Shown here: positions 62,024-64,000 of the stretch, piece after piece
Layout: each line of letters starts with the position of its first letter
Position numbering within the stretch: position 1 is the first letter of the stretch
Source of the DNA: Macrostomum hystrix
Taxonomy: Eukaryota; Animalia; Platyhelminthes
Assembly (NCBI GenBank): GCA_950097015.1
Contig: CATNEN010000039.1
Location: 6,138,001-6,202,000 of the forward strand
Reading direction: 5' to 3'
Length of the DNA: 64,000 bases
Notes under the pieces: generated by a model
Database searches by the model: none
Seen by the model: the letters and a program-made list of their open reading frames with translations, nothing else
Told to the model about the DNA's origin: nothing
Made by a program: the position numbers and the translations under genes

Positions 62024-63449
62024 TTTGTTAGGAAGGCAAATTTTTATTGATTAGCTAGATAATTAGATAAAAAATATTAAAGATAAAAAATATACATGTT
62101 AGACTTAAGTGATGGTTGCTTCAAAAAATTTGCTTCTGTTAAGAATCATAATGAAACTAAATAGCAGAAGAACGTAATTAGGAATCCTGATGTAAATGTT
62201 AATTATCAGTTTTCTTGATGTGTTAAAAATGTTGGACCCATGTCTCAATATACATAGACATAAAGTAGATTTGCACCAAGTGAAAAATAAAAAGTGCAGA
62301 TGGCACCAAGTGCACCAACCCCAAAAAGGTCATTCAGTTCAGTTCAGTGATGAACCCCCAAAAAGAGCCTTTGGTTGGCATGCTGCACTGCCTTTGGTGC
62401 ACTATGCTGCAGATGGTCAATGGCTGGCATGCCAGTGCGCCAGCGATATTTTGATTTTGAATTTGTGCTAGACACCGTCCGCATAAATGAACCTTGGCTG
62501 CAATAAGGAAGATAGCTGTTCTTACAGTTTTTTTTTCACTAAATCTTACAAATTTATTGTTGTAGGGCTAAATTAATTCTACTGCTGTCACCAAAGTTGT
62601 CCTAGGCCTCTGTCTATATTCAATATTAATTCTAACAATGCCACCAAAGTTGTTACTGGGCCTTTTTATACTTTTGTCAATCTTATGAAGTCTTTAATTA
62701 TTCGCTTTATGTATTTCTTATCTCAATTCAAATTGGTAGCATTTAGGTATTCAAATATGGTAGCGTTATGTATTCAATCTGGTAGCGTTATACTTTCAGT
62801 ATGGCCGGTATCTTTACAGTATTATTTTTATAAGTACTTTGTATCAATCTTTATCCGTCTTTATCAGTCTTTATCAGTCTTTTATCCGTCTTTATCCGTC
62901 TTCAATTATCATTCAGTTAACCTTCAATTCAATCTTCAGTTCAGTCTTCAATTTCAATCTTCAGTCCGTTTCATAGGGCTTTCCAGTGGATCTAGAGTTA
63001 CAGCTTTTCTTCACTCTATTTACTTCTCTTTCACAATGTCTCTTTCGCAAATAACTTCAATATGAACACTTTAAGATTCAAGCTTTTCTTACTTTGAACT
63101 CTTTCCAATCGAGGTGGTACGTGTTAGTTTTTCGCCCTCGTCTGCTCGTGTATTTATAGTAAAATTTCTCACTCTCGCGACTTCAGTAAAACATTTTATT
63201 TTCGGTGCATTTGAACAAATTGGTGCAGTTAAACAAATTGGTCTAGTTAAACAAAAGTTTTCGTAAAGTAAAAATAAATTTGCGCGGGAAAATATTTCTA
63301 AGAAAACGAGGCCCTATCTCATTATCTATTATAATTAATTTATGATTATAGGAAGGCTATAATCTGATAATTACATAAAATTTACAAATTAATTAATGTA
63401 ATTAATTAATGTACTACATTAATTAATATGTAATTAATTTACATATGCC

Positions 63450-63626
63450 TTGACTTTCTCATTGCCAGGCAATCTAGACCTCCCTAAATGGAGGTTGGCC
63501 CTAAATGATGTGAATTACACAATGAACCTTCATACCTTCTCTCCATGCCCAAATGAATGTGGCTTCATTGTGGAATTGAGCTTTAGGGCTTTGGTGTAAA
63601 AGGCAAGTGCTCTGCCACTAATCCCC
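63450..63626 (-). mobile_element. Decayed tRNA-derived SINE copy
   Basis: tgactttctcat...tggccct...aatgaatgtggc...ctctgccact shared with the 27910 and 31355 copies. Confidence 0.55.
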
Positions 63627-64000
63627 AATCATAGCTTAAGTATAGATAGCTTCTTTCACCTGGCTATTCACAGTTGATGGCAACAATTGGATATATAGCT
63701 AGTTTTGACTGTCAATAAAAACATGCTTTTATGTTATAGCTCTAAGCCAATAGCTAGCTATTATATCTGGTAGTCAATAAACATGGTCAGTTGATTCCCA
63801 AGCCATGGGAATCAACTTTTTTGCTCTTATCTCCATTCGACACTATCAACTATTACTGTAAAGGCCCTTACAGTACAAGTCAATCATTCTAAAAGGTTTT
63901 ATGAAGAACTTTTCTTGAGTTTGCTCTAGGCCTACAAAGTTTATGCATTTCTATTATCTGTATTGGGCATTATCTAAACATATATTAATGATTTTCAACT

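Noticed and set aside
62540-63340. AT-rich region with short repeats, possibly a transposon end
   Set aside because: No TIR pair, TSD or coding motif could be established.

Overview
Eukaryotic (animal) genomic DNA: GC-rich exons with GT-AG introns lie among AT-rich spacers and about 30 minisatellite arrays (roughly 35-40% of the window by my tally). The style suggests a free-living flatworm such as Macrostomum, which is inference only. Most long ORFs in the track are translated minisatellites. Genes reconstructed by hand with phase-consistent splice sites on the + strand: the 3' part of a receptor tyrosine kinase with HCD/DLG motifs, a GT32 (DXD) glycosyltransferase whose 4-kb intron is almost all minisatellite, and two small two-exon secreted prepropeptide genes. 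On the - strand: a co-oriented series KIAA0513-like, ceramide synthase, ABHD12, alpha-L-fucosidase, ZSWIM7, UROS. Mobile DNA: a long-TIR DD34D mariner, an internally deleted Tc1, a piggyBac transposase remnant, two hAT-type MITEs with 8-bp TSDs, tRNA-headed SINE copies and a palindromic element. Main findings: (1) two paralogous peptide precursors not assembled by the ORF track (14099-14463 and 48040-48377), 34 kb apart, sharing L-C-x-G-x-x-H-P-x-A-C-Y-G-x-R-K, a candidate undescribed cyclic peptide family with allatostatin-C-like and elevenin-like traits; (2) a candidate trans-spliced operon in which ZSWIM7 has no ATG of its own and could take its start codon from a flatworm spliced leader ending in AUG; (3) ABHD12 introns whose minisatellite unit is the 3' splice junction itself, giving arrays of decoy acceptors.
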